Part shown: positions 24,001 through 39,780 of the stretch, one piece after another
Numbering within the stretch: the stretch's first letter is position 1
How the letters are laid out: each line of letters begins with the position of its first letter
Assembly (NCBI GenBank): GCA_023213395.1
Contig: CM041465.1
Location: 103,547,741 to 103,611,740 of the forward strand
DNA: 64,000 nucleotides
Reading direction: 5' to 3'
DNA from: Cycas panzhihuaensis
Lineage: Eukaryota > Plantae > Cycadophyta
The notes under the pieces: model-generated
What the model was told of the DNA's origin: nothing
Database searches by the model: none
What the model saw: only the letters and a program-made list of their open reading frames with translations
Made by a program: the position numbers and the translations under genes

Positions 24001-25706
24001 AGGTAAAAGAGGAAGGCTCTGAATAGGGAAACATCACAACCAAGAAATATATAGGGGGTAAGCACTTCCTGAAAGATGAGGTGGAGGGGGGGGTTACTAG
24101 ATCCCCCATTTGGAAAGGACTCATATTCTCGAGGCCCATTCTAAGCAAGGGCCTAAGATGGAAGTTGGGGAATGGGGAAAGCATCAGATTTTGGGAGGAT
24201 AAATGGTGTAGCAACTACAAACTAAGAGATTTACCATCTATTGGTAACATGCAGGGGGTCTGCGAGGATACATATGGCCCGCTAATTAAGGATTACTGGG
24301 AGGGACAGGGAAAAAACATGAAGTGGAGAATGTTTGATGAACTGCAGGGCATGGAGGAGGGGATTCAAAACCTCAAGGGCAAATTACACCATCAGTACAT
24401 CCCTAAGAGGGCTTCAGTGAATACTTTGATTTGGTCATTATCCCCTTCAGGGTCAGACACCGTAAAGGATGGTTATAATTCGTTTATGTTAGAGGAAGGT
24501 CTAGTCAAGGAGGATCTGTTGGCTGGGGTATGGAAGCTAGGGCTAATCCCAAAGGTAGTTATTTTTTTATGGTTATGTCTACAGAATAAGCTTCTAACAA
24601 TTGATAATCTTCATAAGTGTGGGTTCTCTATGGCTAATAGATGTGAGCTATATAGGGGGGATGATGAGTCTTTAGACCACTTTAGCATCCACTGCCCCTT
24701 TTCCAGAGGCATATGGGCTAGCTTTTGGTCCAATCTAAGGATAGAATGGGTGGCCCCTAGGACCCTGCTAAATTAGTGGATGATGTGGAAATCTCCCTTC
24801 AAGAGTAAGACGTTGGGAATGCTATGGAAACTAATTCTTCCGATTAGGACCTAGAATATATGGAAGGAGCATAACAAGAGAATCTTCCAAGGGAAAGAGC
24901 TAGATGAGCAAAGACTCTTTAATAAGATTCAGAGGGATACCTTAGAGATGCTAAAGCCCATGGATGAGGATAAGATCCCTAGGGGAAAAGAAAGCATCTT
25001 TGCAAGCTAGGGAATAAAATGCCCTACTGGTAGGGGTATGAAAAGGAGGGCGTGTCATTGGACCTGGCCTAGCATGACTTGGGTAAAAATCAATTTTGAT
25101 GGGGCGGCTAAAGGAAACCCTGGTGAGGCAAGGGGGGAGGCTTATGTAGGAACCATGATGGGATAGTGAGCTGGGCATTTTCGGAATACTATGGTCATCA
25201 AATGAACTATAAAGCTAAATTTAGGACTATGCAAAAGGTGATAGAAATGGTGGACAAGGAAGAACATGAGAGAGTGATAATAGAAGGAGACTCCCTGAAT
25301 GTGATCAAGAGCCTAAAGGGGGAGATGGAGGTGAACTGGGGTAATCTGAATTTGATAAGGGGTGCTCAGGATGTCCTCAGCTATAAGCAGAGCGATCAGA
25401 TATGGCACACATGTAGGGAAGGAACTGTTGCAGTGGACTGGTTGGCAAATTGGGCAGTGTTAAATAAAAGAAATTAGGTGTAGAGAGAGAACTTCCCGGA
25501 GGAGCTCTTAAGTCTGGCTAGATTGGACCTATCAGTACACAATGAGGGAGTTTGTTAGGAGAGGGTGTGTGGCGTGAGTTTAGTATGGCTAGGCCATGGG
25601 CATGTCATCGCCAATCCTATTTTTGCCGAAAGGTAGCTGATGTAAAAGGTTTGGGGACCTATTAAAACCCCTTGTAATTTTTTACCATATCAAAAAAAAA
25701 AAAAAA
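24001..25706 (+). mobile_element. L1-clade LINE #3, 5'-truncated (zf-RVT + RNase H + 3' UTR + poly(A))
   Basis: 15-bp TSD TAGAATTGCAACCAT at 23986-24000 and 25707-25721. Motifs LGNGESIRFWEDKW, WVKINFDGAAKGNPG, IIEGDS. Poly(A) at 25692-25706. Confidence 0.95.
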
Positions 25707-26815
25707 TAGAATTGCAACCATGACCATTATTAGTTATTAGAACTACTCACAGATTAAATTACTCTTGTCATTTCTCTATTCCATGACCTCACAATCTGTG
25801 ACCTACATAATGACCATTAACCTGCATCATGATAAATGAATCTACATCTCAAATTATCTCACATGAAGGAAAATTCAGAGAGATTGATTGATTGATTTTC
25901 AAAGGAGGATTTAGGTGAGTTTAAAGATTCCATTCCATTGTTAAGCTCTATATATTTAACAAAATCTACTTGTTTCAATCTTGGATATATCATCTACTCA
26001 TTAAAAGTGATAGATCAAAATTCCATTAGTTTAACATAGAGATCTTATCGTCTGTATCCCTACCTATTTGGTCATTTTTTTAAACCCCGCATTTTTTTTT
26101 ATAAAGTTTAGAAACTGTAGGTAATGTTAATTAGAATATCCTTATAATTTTCCCTTTTAGATAAAGGACTTTAGCCTAAAGTTAGTTATTTTATTATTTC
26201 TTAGAATTTTAATCCTAATTTTTAGTTAGCTTTAGGTAATTTTTTTTTAATACTACTTTAAAATATAAAATTTTAATACTTTAATCATAAAAATCTTTAT
26301 TTAAGAAAAAAAAAAAAAAAATTTAAAAGATAACACCCAAATTGAACAACCCTATTACCAACCTTGTAAAGGGAATGGCTAGGACTGTTGGAGTTACCAC
26401 TATGCACACGTTATTTATCTTTCTCAAATTATGTGAATAATAAAGAAAGACATTAACTATCAAGTGTATTAAGTGGCAGGCTAAGGTATTATACCAAAAA
26501 CCTTAAAGTTTAGAGATCAAACTAGACTTGGAGGGGATGAGTGCCTTAGTTGTTAAGTGTGCCCTTAGATGAAAATCTATCATTCAAGTTATAAATCTAG
26601 CATATGTGGGTTAACAGTGTGAGGGGTTAGTCGAGTTTTCTATAACAGTTATATACATTCAAGTATATTGGGTCCCCGAGTTACCACTTGTGAGAAGGTA
26701 TACCATCAGATAGGATTATCTCAACTACCAAGGGCTATTAGGAAATGAGACACGGAAACATGGATACTAGATTAGTATACCTTTTTAGGTAGATATGACA
26801 CATACTTTAGACATA

Positions 26816-29800
26816 ATGACACTTTAAATGGTTATAATTAATATAATTAAACTTTCTGGTAGTGATAATTTCTTGGCTTGTAAGAAATAAATCAAGAATA
26901 TACTAATAATAAACAAACTATGACCTTATGTTTTTGGTAAAATTCCTATGCTAGTTGCCACTCGAGATCCCAATGGTTTTCAAGTTGTCATTCCTCTCAA
27001 TCTTGATGTTATTGTTTCCTTTAAAGAATTTGATGAAGTTGCCCCTTCCTTTTTTATTTATATTATAAAGGTAAAATCAATTAAAACATTAAATAAGTCA
27101 CTGCCTCTATTAATGCTTAGAATATCATTTGTGTACTTTATAAGAAGAAAGATAATGCTATGGTTGTTATGCTTAAAGCCTAACTCTACTCTACTCTATT
27201 TATAGGATCTATTGCAACCCACTTGACATAAATCAAAGTGATAAAAAATCAGTTAGTAGTTTTTGGTCAGCGATTAGATGATAGTGATCTCATATCCAGT
27301 ATTGTTAATATTTTGCCTCCTGGATAAAATTCCTTCATATCTAATCTATCTAATACAAATCGACTTATCACTCTTAACTTTAACATATTTGAGGGTTTAT
27401 TACATTAAGAGGAATGTATTCTAAATAGATTAGGGAATCTAGCTACCTCCTCTTCTATCCTAATGTTTACAACCCATTATAGAGGAAGTCAATATCATCC
27501 ACACTTAACTTAATAATTCAGTTCACTAAATTTGAACTAACATCCATACTAATAATGTTAGCCATGACCACCATATACTACTCGAGTTGTTTATTACTGT
27601 TGTGGTAAACCTAGATATTTTATACTTGACTGCAGGAAAAGAAAGATAATCTTTAATAATAGTAGTTTCAGAATTGCCCTACCATATAGTGTAATCAAAA
27701 TCATATATGTGGTAATTACCAGGGACCACAAAGGCAAAATCAACCTAACTATCAAGGACTAATGAGACAAAATCAAAATACTCCTCAAAGCAACCAACAA
27801 AATAGAAATCACAACCTAAGATAAAATTAGAGCTAAGGTGGCCATATAGCCAACTCATAAAATCTCTTCTTTATTGTATTAACAACTTAACACTCTGATA
27901 TATCTTGGTTAATTGGTTTAGATACCTCATGACATATGGTAAGTTCTGAAGAACTTCTTATAGATACAAGACCAGTGCAAGGCTAATCAATTATTTTTAG
28001 AGATGATGTTATCTTAGAGGTTACTAAGATTGATAATGTCCTTATGTTATTAAAGAATTCTAATATTTAACATCATCTCAATAATGTTTTTTATGTACCT
28101 AGCATGACACATAACCTATTATATGTTAGTCAAATAAATAAGCAAAATTTTGATGTTTTGTTTAGTCACCTTAGAAAATGCCTAAGTACAGATCTAAATG
28201 GCAACCTAATTGCCTCGGATATGAAGCTCAGAGACTATATAAGCGTGATGCAATAATTAAACCTTTGATCCTACCACTTAAATTTGATTCTCATAGTAAT
28301 TTAACTTCCATTTTAGATACTTCTACTTAAATTTCATATACATATGAGTAACTTACTTCAAAAACATTTATTTCATAAAGACTCTTAAAAGACTAATTAT
28401 GGCATTAATGCCTAGGTCATTTGAACATAAATAACCTTTATCTATTTTATAAATTAAATATGGTACATGGTATACCTAATATAAAGAAAATAAAATGTAT
28501 TTGTGAGGCTTGTGTTATGGGTAAACATCATTACACTCCATTCAGGTCAAATAGAAGAGCCTGGCATGCCAAGGAACCCTTAAGCCTAGTACATTCATAT
28601 ATATATGGACCCTGTCACAAGCATCCTTTACATGTTATTAATATTTCACTATAATTATTAATGATTATTCCAAAAAAGTATGGGTCTATTTTCTGAAGCA
28701 AAAGCTAGAAGCATTTGATAAATTCAAAGAATTTAAGCATGGCACTAAACTAGAATTTAGAAAGTCAATCAGAATCCTTTGTTATACTAATGGAGGCAAA
28801 TATACATCAAATGAATTCACCCAATTCTACAAGGATAATGTCATCAAATGGTATTTTCTGCTCCTCACATACCTCAACAAAATAGAGTTGTAGAGAGAAT
28901 GAATTAGACCTTAGTAAAGGCAAAACCATGCTTATTACTAAGAATTTAGGACTTCCATTATAGGTTGAAGCACTTAATACAACTACTTATCTTATAAACT
29001 AAAGTTCAACCAAGGTAGTACTCAATATTACTCCTAAGGACGCTTGGCCAAGTCAAAAGGCCATGGTCTCATATTTTCATACTTTTGGTTATACAACATA
29101 TATGCTCATACCAAAAGAACAAAAGAAAAAGTTGGATGATAAAAGTAGGAAATGTATCTTTATTAGTTATCAACCTAGCTACAAAATATATAAATTATAT
29201 GATCCTACCACTAAGCAAATATAAATATCTTGGGATGTCATCTTTTTAGAATAATTATCTCATTCATCATCATGCACTCCCAGTATGTCGTCTGCACCAC
29301 CTACCTCTACATCAACATTTACTTTAATTAGTCCTACAAAAGATATCCAAGATGAGGTTACTTTAAAGTGACTTCCCAAATGGTATTTGTAGGCAATCTC
29401 TTATGCTTTCTCTCTACCATAATAAACAAAGAGGTACTTTAGATATAGGTCATCCACTAACTCTTCCCTAGTGGAAGAAGCATTATCAACTCTTTAACTA
29501 ACCACTTTTGAAGAAGCTATTATAGATTAAAAGTAGCAAGTAGCTATGAATGAAGAGATAGACTCTATTTTACAAAATAATACGTGGGAGCTACTTGAGT
29601 TGCCTAAAGGAAAGAAACCTATTGATTGTAAATGATATATAAAATAAAATTTCATGTTGATGGCTCTATTTAGTGGCATAAAGCATGTTTGGTTACTAAA
29701 GGTTTCAAATAAATTGAAAGTGTTGGTTATGATGACACATTTGTACTAGTAGCCAACATAACAATTATCAAGCTTATTTTGGATTTATTAGCCCAAATTA

Positions 29801-31440
29801 ATTGGTTTGTTTATCAAATGGATATAAAAAGTACCTTCTTGAATGGCAATTTGCAAGAGGAAATATACTTAAATCAACCTCTTAGCTTTATTATTCAAGG
29901 AAAAGAACGCTTAGTTTGTAAGTTGAAAAAGGCTCTTTATGGCCTTAAGTAATCACCTCGCACTTCGTATATAAAAATTGATGAATACTCTCAAAATCAT
30001 GGACTTATAGGCTCATCTTCATATCTAAATTTATATATCAAAATCCATAATGATTTAATCACTATGGATGTACTTTATGTTGATGATTTGTTGATAACTA
30101 ATAATGACACATAGTGGATTACCTATCTCCAAGGTAAATTAAACCATAGCTTTAAGATGACTAACTTTAAATTACTTCATTACTTTCTTAGCATGGAAGT
30201 CTTATAGTAGCTAGGCCATATCATCCTCTCACAGTCTAAATATACAAAAGAAATCTTTTAGAAATTTAGGATGGAAGAATGTAAGCCATCGCCCACTCCT
30301 ATGAAGACAAGATTAAAACTAGACATTGATAAGCATGGTAAACCTGGGGATCCTACTTTGTATAGATAACTTATAGGGAAATTAATTTGCCTCATATATA
30401 TTCAACTTGATATTGCATATAATGTTGTGATCTACTCCAAGTTTATGACTCAACCCAAGGCTTCACATTGGAAAGCAATAATAAGGATCTTGAGATATCT
30501 TCAGGGTACTCTCCAATTTAGACTTGATTATTATCATGTGGATAATCCTTTATTAACAAGTTATACAAATGTAGATTGGGTTAGATACAAAGATAGTCAT
30601 AGATCGAACTTAGACTATTTTTTTAACCTAAGTAGTTTTATAGAGTTACAAAAAATAGCTTAATATCACTTTATCTTCAATTGAAGCTAAGTATAAAACC
30701 ATTATTAGTGTAGATGTTGAGGCTATCTAGCTTAGAAGGATTCTTGAAGAGCATGGAACTATTCTGTAATAATCAAAATGTTCTTAAATTGATCAAGATT
30801 CCTATGTTCTATGCAAGGATAAAACATATAGAGGTACACCATCATTTCATTAGGGAACATGTTTAAGATGGTAAAATATATTTGGTCTACAAGCCAATCG
30901 ATGATTAGATTATAAACATCTTCATAAAGGCACTTTCTTGTGACAAATTTGAAAGGTTCTGGCTTAGCCTCAGTGTTAGAATTAATAAACTCGTCATTAA
31001 GTGAGGGTGATAAAAGAATTAATATTGAATTTATTAATTCTTATTGATTCATCATAATGTATACTTGTAATGTATTGTAAAGTTATCTTGTTATTTTATG
31101 TTAAGGGTAATGCACTCATAAAAGGATTAAGTGATGACTTAGGTTATGGCCCTAAGTGTGTAGGGTGTATTATGCTCACAACATTATATAATGTAGATAT
31201 GGGTTAATCATACAAGGTGCCAACAACCACCTTACATGATCAACCATTTAATATTCTTTCATGCCTCTTGTAACTATTATATTTTGTATATGCAAGGCTT
31301 TACATGTAATGTAACATGATCCTTTATATGATTAATGGAATACTCTTTCTTGCATTAGAGTTTTGATTAATTCACTCTCCATGTTATTGCATGTTATTTG
31401 TGGGATTAGAACCTAGGTCAAAACTGAATAAATTAACCAC
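26816..31440 (+). mobile_element. Ty1/copia #3, old and decayed; probable 3' LTR from 31008; 5' LTR not found
   Basis: gag KLSGSDNFLA at ~26850; knuckle CCGKP at ~27600; CEACVMGKH integrase; LYVDDL RT at ~30075; ARIKHIEVHHHFIRE RNase H; PPT-like AAGTGAGGG then TGATAA at 31008. Ends approximate. Confidence 0.85.
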
Positions 31441-34400
31441 TTATAATAAAAAGAAAAGTCACTGACATTTTCAACACCACTAATGATATAAGATTAGAAC
31501 ATAAAGGGTTTGAAGATGCTCTTATTATATAAGAGGATCATATATTACATAATGACTTACATTAAGAAGTGATATAGATTGATCACTTATAATGACTTAA
31601 GAGAATAGAAAGAGCATATACAATAATGGCTATGAAATTCGTGTCCTAATAGACTCTTGTGATTAGAAGACTATTGAAGGTTCTTAGAAGAGTCACAAGT
31701 AGTTTAGTAGGAAAATATTTCAAGGGGATGAAGTTGGTTGTAAGAAGACACCCCCTGATTTTACAAAAACTTTAAAGGGAAGTAAATGGACCATTTCAAC
31801 ATGATAAAAATATCGAGTTAATTCCCTTAAGATTTGGCACAAGACATAGGAGCTAACCTATATTAATTAATGAATTATCGCAAAGATATTCAACAAGTAG
31901 ATAATAACTTGTCATATAATTGGGAATGTTATGGGGGTATATGATAGTTTATCTTCAAAACACTTAAAAAGGTATAATAAGGGCACATAAACAACTAACA
32001 AGAATGGTAGTTCCTCTCTCCAATTAAGAACATAACTTGAGTCTAAGCCCATATGAAAGTGACCACTTTACATTTAAAGGGTATAGAATTATACTATAAT
32101 TAATTAATATTATGTCAAAAACCATATGTTCTTCTACTCTACATATAACTATGGAAAACAAAATCTTTACCCTCAACTCTACAAGCTTATATATCAACGT
32201 GATAAATGAGAAACTACTTCTTAATTGGCATAAATTATTTTCAATAAATATAAATTAATTAGTGGACATAAACTCATGTAAAAGGGGAAAACTTCAAAAT
32301 TTTAACAAATATTTTTGGCATTCTTTCTCATTCATCCATGGATATGGATATAAGTGAATTTAGAGACAACTCAAAAAAGAGATTCCTAAGCTACAACCAT
32401 AATCAACCCACTAAAAAAAAATAGGTTACTCATTTATCCATGCATATGAATACATCCAACATATACTAAAAAAAGGGGGGGGGGAAACCATCTCAAATGC
32501 ACCAATCCCCCTTAAAAACTAATGGTGCCCTTTTACCAAATATAATTTGAGCCTAGTCAATGACTCCATCCAACTAACATTGAATGAAAGCATTAGTTGG
32601 GATGTTGCCCTACTTAATAGTACTTAAGTGTCCTCTAGTGCCTTCCAAAATGTGTTAAGAGCTTTTAAAAATCCAAGTGTTACATACAGTCTTTAATTTT
32701 AAGAATACTATATTTTTTTCAAAATAAATAACCTACATACACCTTTCCATATGATATGTTTCTAATTACACTTAATACATATGCTTTGTAAATCATCATC
32801 CATGCCCATGAAAGTCCAAGTGGAATTGACTCATATGTTTAAGCTTATCAAGCACTATGATGTAGTCTTATGCACTATGTTTAGAACCCTATTAGAGGAC
32901 GGGAGCTCGAAAAGGGTGAAACCTCAATGGAACCACTCCAAAGAGAGGAGCAGATCCATGCACAACCACCTAACTCAACCCAAGTAACATTGGCATTTCA
33001 TATGTATGTTAACTTGGTCAATTTAAGACTAAACAAGTAGTACATAACCAAGGTGCTTATGCTAATTAACATTGAGATTACTACTTGCAAATGGTAGAAG
33101 CTAAGAGATAACCCCCTTAATAAAGAGGATGATAGTTGAGGTATTAGGTTTATTCCCCTAATTATTAAAGGGGGCTAGGAATCCAACTAATTTATTTTGT
33201 GTGCTTTCGGTATTAAGTCCTTGAGGATTAATTATAATATATTTTTATACTTATATTTTTCCCATAAGAGGAAGGTTTTATTGTAATTATCTAAAGGGAT
33301 AGTGGGGATGTTGTTCTCTCCCTTTTTTTTTTGTTATATTATGTATGTAATGCTTTTGATTTGAGGAATTGACTATTTCCAAAAGAAAAAAAAAGTCATT
33401 AACTTATTTGACACCATTTATAATATGGGATTAGAACACAAAGGGATTGAAGATGCTCTTATTATATAAGAGGATCTTATATTATATAAGGACTTTAGGA
33501 AGTGATATAGATTAACCGCCTAGAGTGACTTAGAGAATAAAAAGATTATATGCAATAATAGCTATGACATTTGTATCCTGATTAACTCTTATGATTAGAA
33601 GACCATCAAAGGTTCCTAGTAGAGTTGCGAGTAGTGTAGTAGGAAAATATTTTAAGGGGATGAAATTAGTTTTAAAAAGCCACCCCCTCAGGTTACAAAA
33701 ACTTAGAAGGGAATTAAATGGGGTATTTTAACATGATAAAAATCATAATCCAATTCCCCAAAGATTTGGCATAAGATATAGGAGCTAACATATATGTTAT
33801 GTTAAGTAAACAACTAATTAATCAATTATCATAAAGATATTCAAATGAGTAAACAATGTCTTGTCATCTAATTAGGAACAATACAAGGGTACATGGTAGC
33901 TCATCCTCAAATCACTTAAAGAAGTGTAATAATGCCACACAAATAACTCTCCAATTAAGAAATCAAATTGAGTCTAGGTCTATATGGAAGTGATTACTTT
34001 ATGTTTAAAGGCTAAAGATTTGTATTATAGTTAATTGACATTATGCCAAAAACCACATATTCTTCTACTATACATATAATTGAGGAAAACAAAATCCTTA
34101 AATTCCACATGCTTATCTATCTATATGATAAATGAGAAACTACTTATTAATTAGCATAAATTATTTTTAGTAAATATAAATTAATTAATGCACATAATCA
34201 TATGTAAAAGGGCAAATTTGACAAATATTTTTGGCATTATTACTCATTCATTCATGGATATAAATATATGTAAATTTACAGACAATTAAAAAAAGAGATT
34301 CCTAAGCCACAACCACAACCAACCCACTCAGAAAAAAATAAAATAAAAGGTCCCTCATTTATCCATGCGTATGAATATATCCAACACATACCAAAAAAGA

Positions 34401-34719
34401 AAAGAGAATGATAGAGAAAAAGAAACAACCAACCATCCCAAATGCATTTATCCCCCTTGAGAACCAAAGCAATCTACCCATGTATATGGATATAAACAAA
34501 ATTTGTGACACTCAAGAAAATGCCTTCCACCTCGTAAACCAAAAAATATAGGAGGGTCCTATGCTCAATCATGCATATATTTGATTAGTATAAGCACATC
34601 CACATGGGTATGTTATAACTATGTTTTTTTCTTTAAAGTAAAAATATGATGAATTTTTATATACTACAATCTTATTTTACCTTAAAAATGGTCAGAGATA
34701 AAGAAAGAAAATCATAAAA

Positions 34720-36162
34720 TCCCTATTTAATCTCACCTACTTGCTCATGTAGATTATTTTATTGGTCAAGAAAGCATTATGTGGTAATGGCTAACTATTG
34801 ATTATATCTCAAAATCTATATTTTATATAGGAAAATATGGATGAAAAGTTCATTCAAATGTTTCTAAGTCTACCTTTCAGATCTACCTTTTATGCTTTAT
34901 CTATAATGCTAATAGATTTATCATTAAAGAAATTTAGAACTTGTGTTTGATGGCATAAACCCTTAATCTAGCCACATCTATAACAATAAATGTTGGTATG
35001 AATAGGTACAGAACCACACAAAACCATTTAAGAGATTCTTCACCTCACATGCCTATAGAAATTTTGCCAATTATGATAGGATAGCAACTAAGTTGAATAA
35101 ACTATGAGGTATTAGATGTAGCAAGATGGTGTGGAGGCATCAATTTGAGAAACTATAGGACACATCCATAGAACCTAAGGAAAAAAAAAAATCATGGTTA
35201 ATTTTACATGATGGCCTTGCAATTAAATGTAAATTAGTTGAACTCAATCATAATGATATGGTGTACATGTTCTTTAGTCACATAGAAACTACTTTCCACT
35301 TGTTTTAATGGAAACCTTTTGCCAAATCAACTTTAAGCCTCATCAATAACTCCATTCAACTAACATTGAATGAAAGCACCAAATGGAGTATTGCCCTACT
35401 CGATAGTACCTGAGTATTCTCTAGTGCCTTCCAAAATGCCTTTGAGCTTTTAATAATTAAAGTGTTACATATAATCTACAAGTTTAAGAATGTTGTTTTT
35501 TTTAACACAAATAACCTACATGTATCTTTTCATATGATTTATTTCTAATTATACTTAATGCACTTCCAAATCATCATCCATGCCTACAAAAATCCAAGTA
35601 GAATTAACTCACATGTTTAAGCTTATCAAGCATTGTAATGCAGTCCCATGTAACATGTTTAGAATCCCACTAGAGGAGGGAAGCTCAAAGTGGATGGAAC
35701 CTCAATGGAACCACTCTATAGAGAGAAGAAAATCTAAGCACAACCACCTAATTCAACCTAAGTAACATTGGCATTTTATATGTAGGTCAACTTGGCTAAT
35801 GTAAGATTGAACAAGTAGCATGCCACTGAGGTGCTTATGCTAATTAACATTGAGTTTGTAACCTAAAAAGTGTAGAACCTAAGAGATAGTCCCCTTAATA
35901 AAGGGGATGATGTTTGGGGCCTTAGGTTTATTCCCCTAAGTTATTAGAGGGGATTGGGACTAATTTTTTTTGTATGCTTTTAGTATGAAGTCCTTGAAGA
36001 TTAATTATAATATATTTTGTACTTACATTTTCTTATATGAGAAAGGATTTGATATAATCATCTATAGGGATGGCGGAGATGACATTCTCTCCCCATTGTT
36101 TTTATCATATTGTACACGTAGTTTTTTATTTAAGGAATTAACCATTTGTCAAAAAAAAAGAA
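34720..36162 (+). mobile_element. Decayed 3' end of a second LINE family (zf-RVT, no RNase H, A tail) forming about half of each array unit (unit 2 copy shown)
   Basis: KLNKL*GI...WRHQFEKL*DTSIEPK..SWLILHDGL..ETTFHLF..PFAK resembles zf-RVT. AFELL..KVL follows. Units end in an A-rich tail (33381-33394, 36151-36162). Confidence 0.6.
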
Positions 36163-39100
36163 GCCACTAACTTATTTGACACCATTAATGATATGGGATT
36201 AAAACATAATCGGATTAAATATGCTCTTATTCTATAAGAGGACCTTACATTACATAATGACTTGCAATGGAAAGTGATATAAATTGATGACCTAGAGTGA
36301 CCTAAACAATAGAAAGAGAATATGTAGCAATGGTTATGAAATTTGTGTCCTAATTAACTCTCATGATTAGAAGGCCATTAAAGGTTTCTATACAAGTTGT
36401 AGGTAGTATAATAGGAAAATTGTTTGAGGGGACAAAGTTAGTTGGAAGAAGCCACTCCCTTAGGTTATAAAAACTTAGAAGGGAAATAAATGGGGCATTT
36501 CAAAATGATAAAATAAAAAATCATATGTTCTTCTACTCTACATATAGCTAAGGAAAACAAAATATTTACCCTTACCTCTACATGGTTATCTATCCATGTG
36601 AGAAATGAGTAATTACTTCTTAATTGCCATAAATTATTTTCAATAAATATAAATTAATTAGTGTACATAATCCCATATAAAAGGGAAAAACTCCAAATAT
36701 TTTTTATATTATTACTCATTCATCCATGGGTATGGATATAAGTAAATATAGAGATAACTAAAAAATGAGATTCGTAAGTCACAACCACAACCAACCCACT
36801 TTAAGCCAAAAAAAAAAGTTACTCATTTATCCATGGATATGAATATATCCAACACACACCAAAGAAAGAAAAAAGAAAAAGAGAAAGAGAAAGAGAGAGA
36901 AAAAATAAAAATAACCAACCATCCCAAATGCTCCTATCCCCCTTGAAACCAAAGAAATCTAAACATAGGTATCAATACAAGCAAATTTCGTAACACTTAA
37001 GAAAATGCCTTCCACCCTATAAACTAAAAAAGAGAGGAAGGCCTTATGCTTAACCATATATATATTTGATTCGTATAAGTACATCTACATAGGTACGTCA
37101 CAATAGTTTTTTTTTTTTAAATAAACAAAAATAGGATATAATCTCATTTTTGCCTTAAAAATGGTTAGAGGTTAAGAAAAATTTATTAAATCTCTATTCA
37201 ATCTTACTTAACTTACTCATCTAGACTATTTTATTGGTTGAATAAGCATTAGGTGGTAATGGCTAACTATTGGTTGTATCTTAATATTTATATTTCATAG
37301 GGGAAAATACAGATCCAATGTTCATTGTAATGTTTCTATGTCTACCTTTTTGTTATGCCTTTTATGCTTCATTAGTAACATCGATAGATTTATCATTAAA
37401 GAAAATTAGATGGGGTTACAACTAGGTTGAATAAACTATGGGGCATTAAATGTAATAAGATAATGTGGGGGCATCAATTTAAAAGATAATAACACACACC
37501 CATGGAACCTAAATATTTTTTGCATGGTTATTTTTACATGATAAGCTAGCAGTTAAAGGTAGACTAGTTAAACTCAAGCATAACTATGTGGCGTGCATAT
37601 TCTTTAACCACATAGAAACTACTCTCCACTTGTTCTAATGGTTCCTTTTTGCTAAAACAACTTTGAGCCTAGTTAATGACTTCATCTAGCTAGTATTTAG
37701 TGAAAGCATCAAATGGAATGGTGCCTTATTCAATAGTACTTAAGTGTTCTATACTGCCTTCTAAATATGAAAGAGAGAAAAAAAATTATAACCAACCATC
37801 CTAAATACACTTATCCCCCTTGAAAATTAAAGAAATAAACCCATGGGTATGGATACAAGCAAATTTGGGGACACTCGAGAAAATGCCTTCCACCCAATAA
37901 ACAAAAAAGGTGAGGAGGGTCTAATGCTCAACAATATCTATACTTGATTAGTATAAGCACACCTACATGGGTACGCCATAGTAGTTTTTTTTTTAATAGA
38001 AATAGGATGAATTTTTATATACTACAATCTTATTTTTTCCTTAGAAATGCTCGAAATCTTTATTCAATCTCACCTACTTACTCGTCTAGACTATTTTATT
38101 AAAAATGTTTTTTTCATAATCAATTTTATGTGATAGGCTAATTGTTTAAGGTACACTAGTTTAACTTAGGTGCATTAATGTGGTGTATGTATTCTTTAAC
38201 CACATAGAAACTACTCTCGCCTTATTATGATGGTGCCCTTTAGATGGAATGTTGCCCTAGTTGATAGTATATGAGTGCTCTCTAGTGCTTTCCAATATGC
38301 CTTAGAGCTTTTAAGAATCAACGTGTTATACTTTTTTTGAAAATTTAAGAATAATGTGTTTTAACACAAAAAACCTATGTGCACCTTTCCATATGGTTTA
38401 TTTCTAATTGTGCATAATACATGTGCTTTATAGATCATCATCCATGCCTATAAAAGTCTAAGTGGAAATAAATAACATGTTTAAGCTTATCAAGCAATAT
38501 GGTGTAATCTTGTGCACTATGTTTAAAGGCCCACTAGAGGAGGGAAGTTCAAAATGGGTGGAATGTTAATGGAACCACTCCAAAGGGGGGAATAGATCCA
38601 AGCACAACCACCTAACTTAACCTAACAACATTAACATTTTGTATGGAGGTCAAGTTGGGCGATTTGAGATTGAACAAACAAAACACCACCAAAGTGCTTA
38701 TGTCAATTAACATTAAGCTTATTACTTAGAAGCTAAGAGATAACCTCCTTGATAATGGGGATGATGGTTTGGGCTCTAGGTTTATTCCCCTAGTTATTAG
38801 AGGGGGTTGCAAGTCCAACTAATTTATTTTTTGTGTTTTTAGTCTTAAGTCCTTAAGGATCAATTATAATATATTTCTATACTTATATTTTCCCAAAAGA
38901 GGAAGGTTTTGATCCAATCATATAAAGGGATAGTTGGGATGATGTTCTCTCCTCATTTTTCTTATTATATCATGTATGTAATACTTTCAATTTAAGGAAT
39001 CAACTAGTTGCTAAGAAAAAAGAAAGAAGCCACTAACTTATTCAACACCATTAATGATACAGGACCAGAACACAAAGGGAATAAAGATGCTCTTATTATA

Positions 39101-39780
39101 TAAGAGGAACCTATGTTATATAATAACTTACACTAGGAAGTGATATGGATTGACCACTTGGAGTGACTTAGAGAATAGAAAGAGCATATGCAATAATGGC
39201 TATGCAATTTATCTCATGATTGACTATTGTGATTAGAAGACCATCAGAGTTTCCTAAAGGATTGTGAGTACTGTAGTAGGAAAACCTTTCAAGGGGGTGA
39301 AGTTGGTTGTAAGAAGCCACCTCCTCATGTTACAAAAACGTAGAAGAGAATTAAATGGGGCATTTTAATGCAATAAAAACTTAAAGCCAATCCCTATAAG
39401 ATTTTGCATAAGATATAGGAGCTAACCTAAATAATATGTGAAGATGAACAATTAGTTAATAAATTGTCATAAAGATATTCAACAAGTAGACAATAGCTTG
39501 TCATCTAATTAGGAATACTATAGGGGGTATATGGTAGTTTATTTTTAAATCACTCAAAGAAGTATAATAAGACCACACGTATAATAAATGATAATGATAA
39601 CTCCTCTCTCTAATTAAGAAAGCAATTTAAGTCTAGGTCCATATGAAAGTGATCACTGTATATTTAAAGGGTAAAGAATTATACTATAGTTAATTAACAT
39701 TATGTCAAAAACCATATGTTCTTATATTCTACATGTAACTAAGGAAAATAAAATCTTTACCCTCAATTGTTTATGCTTAT

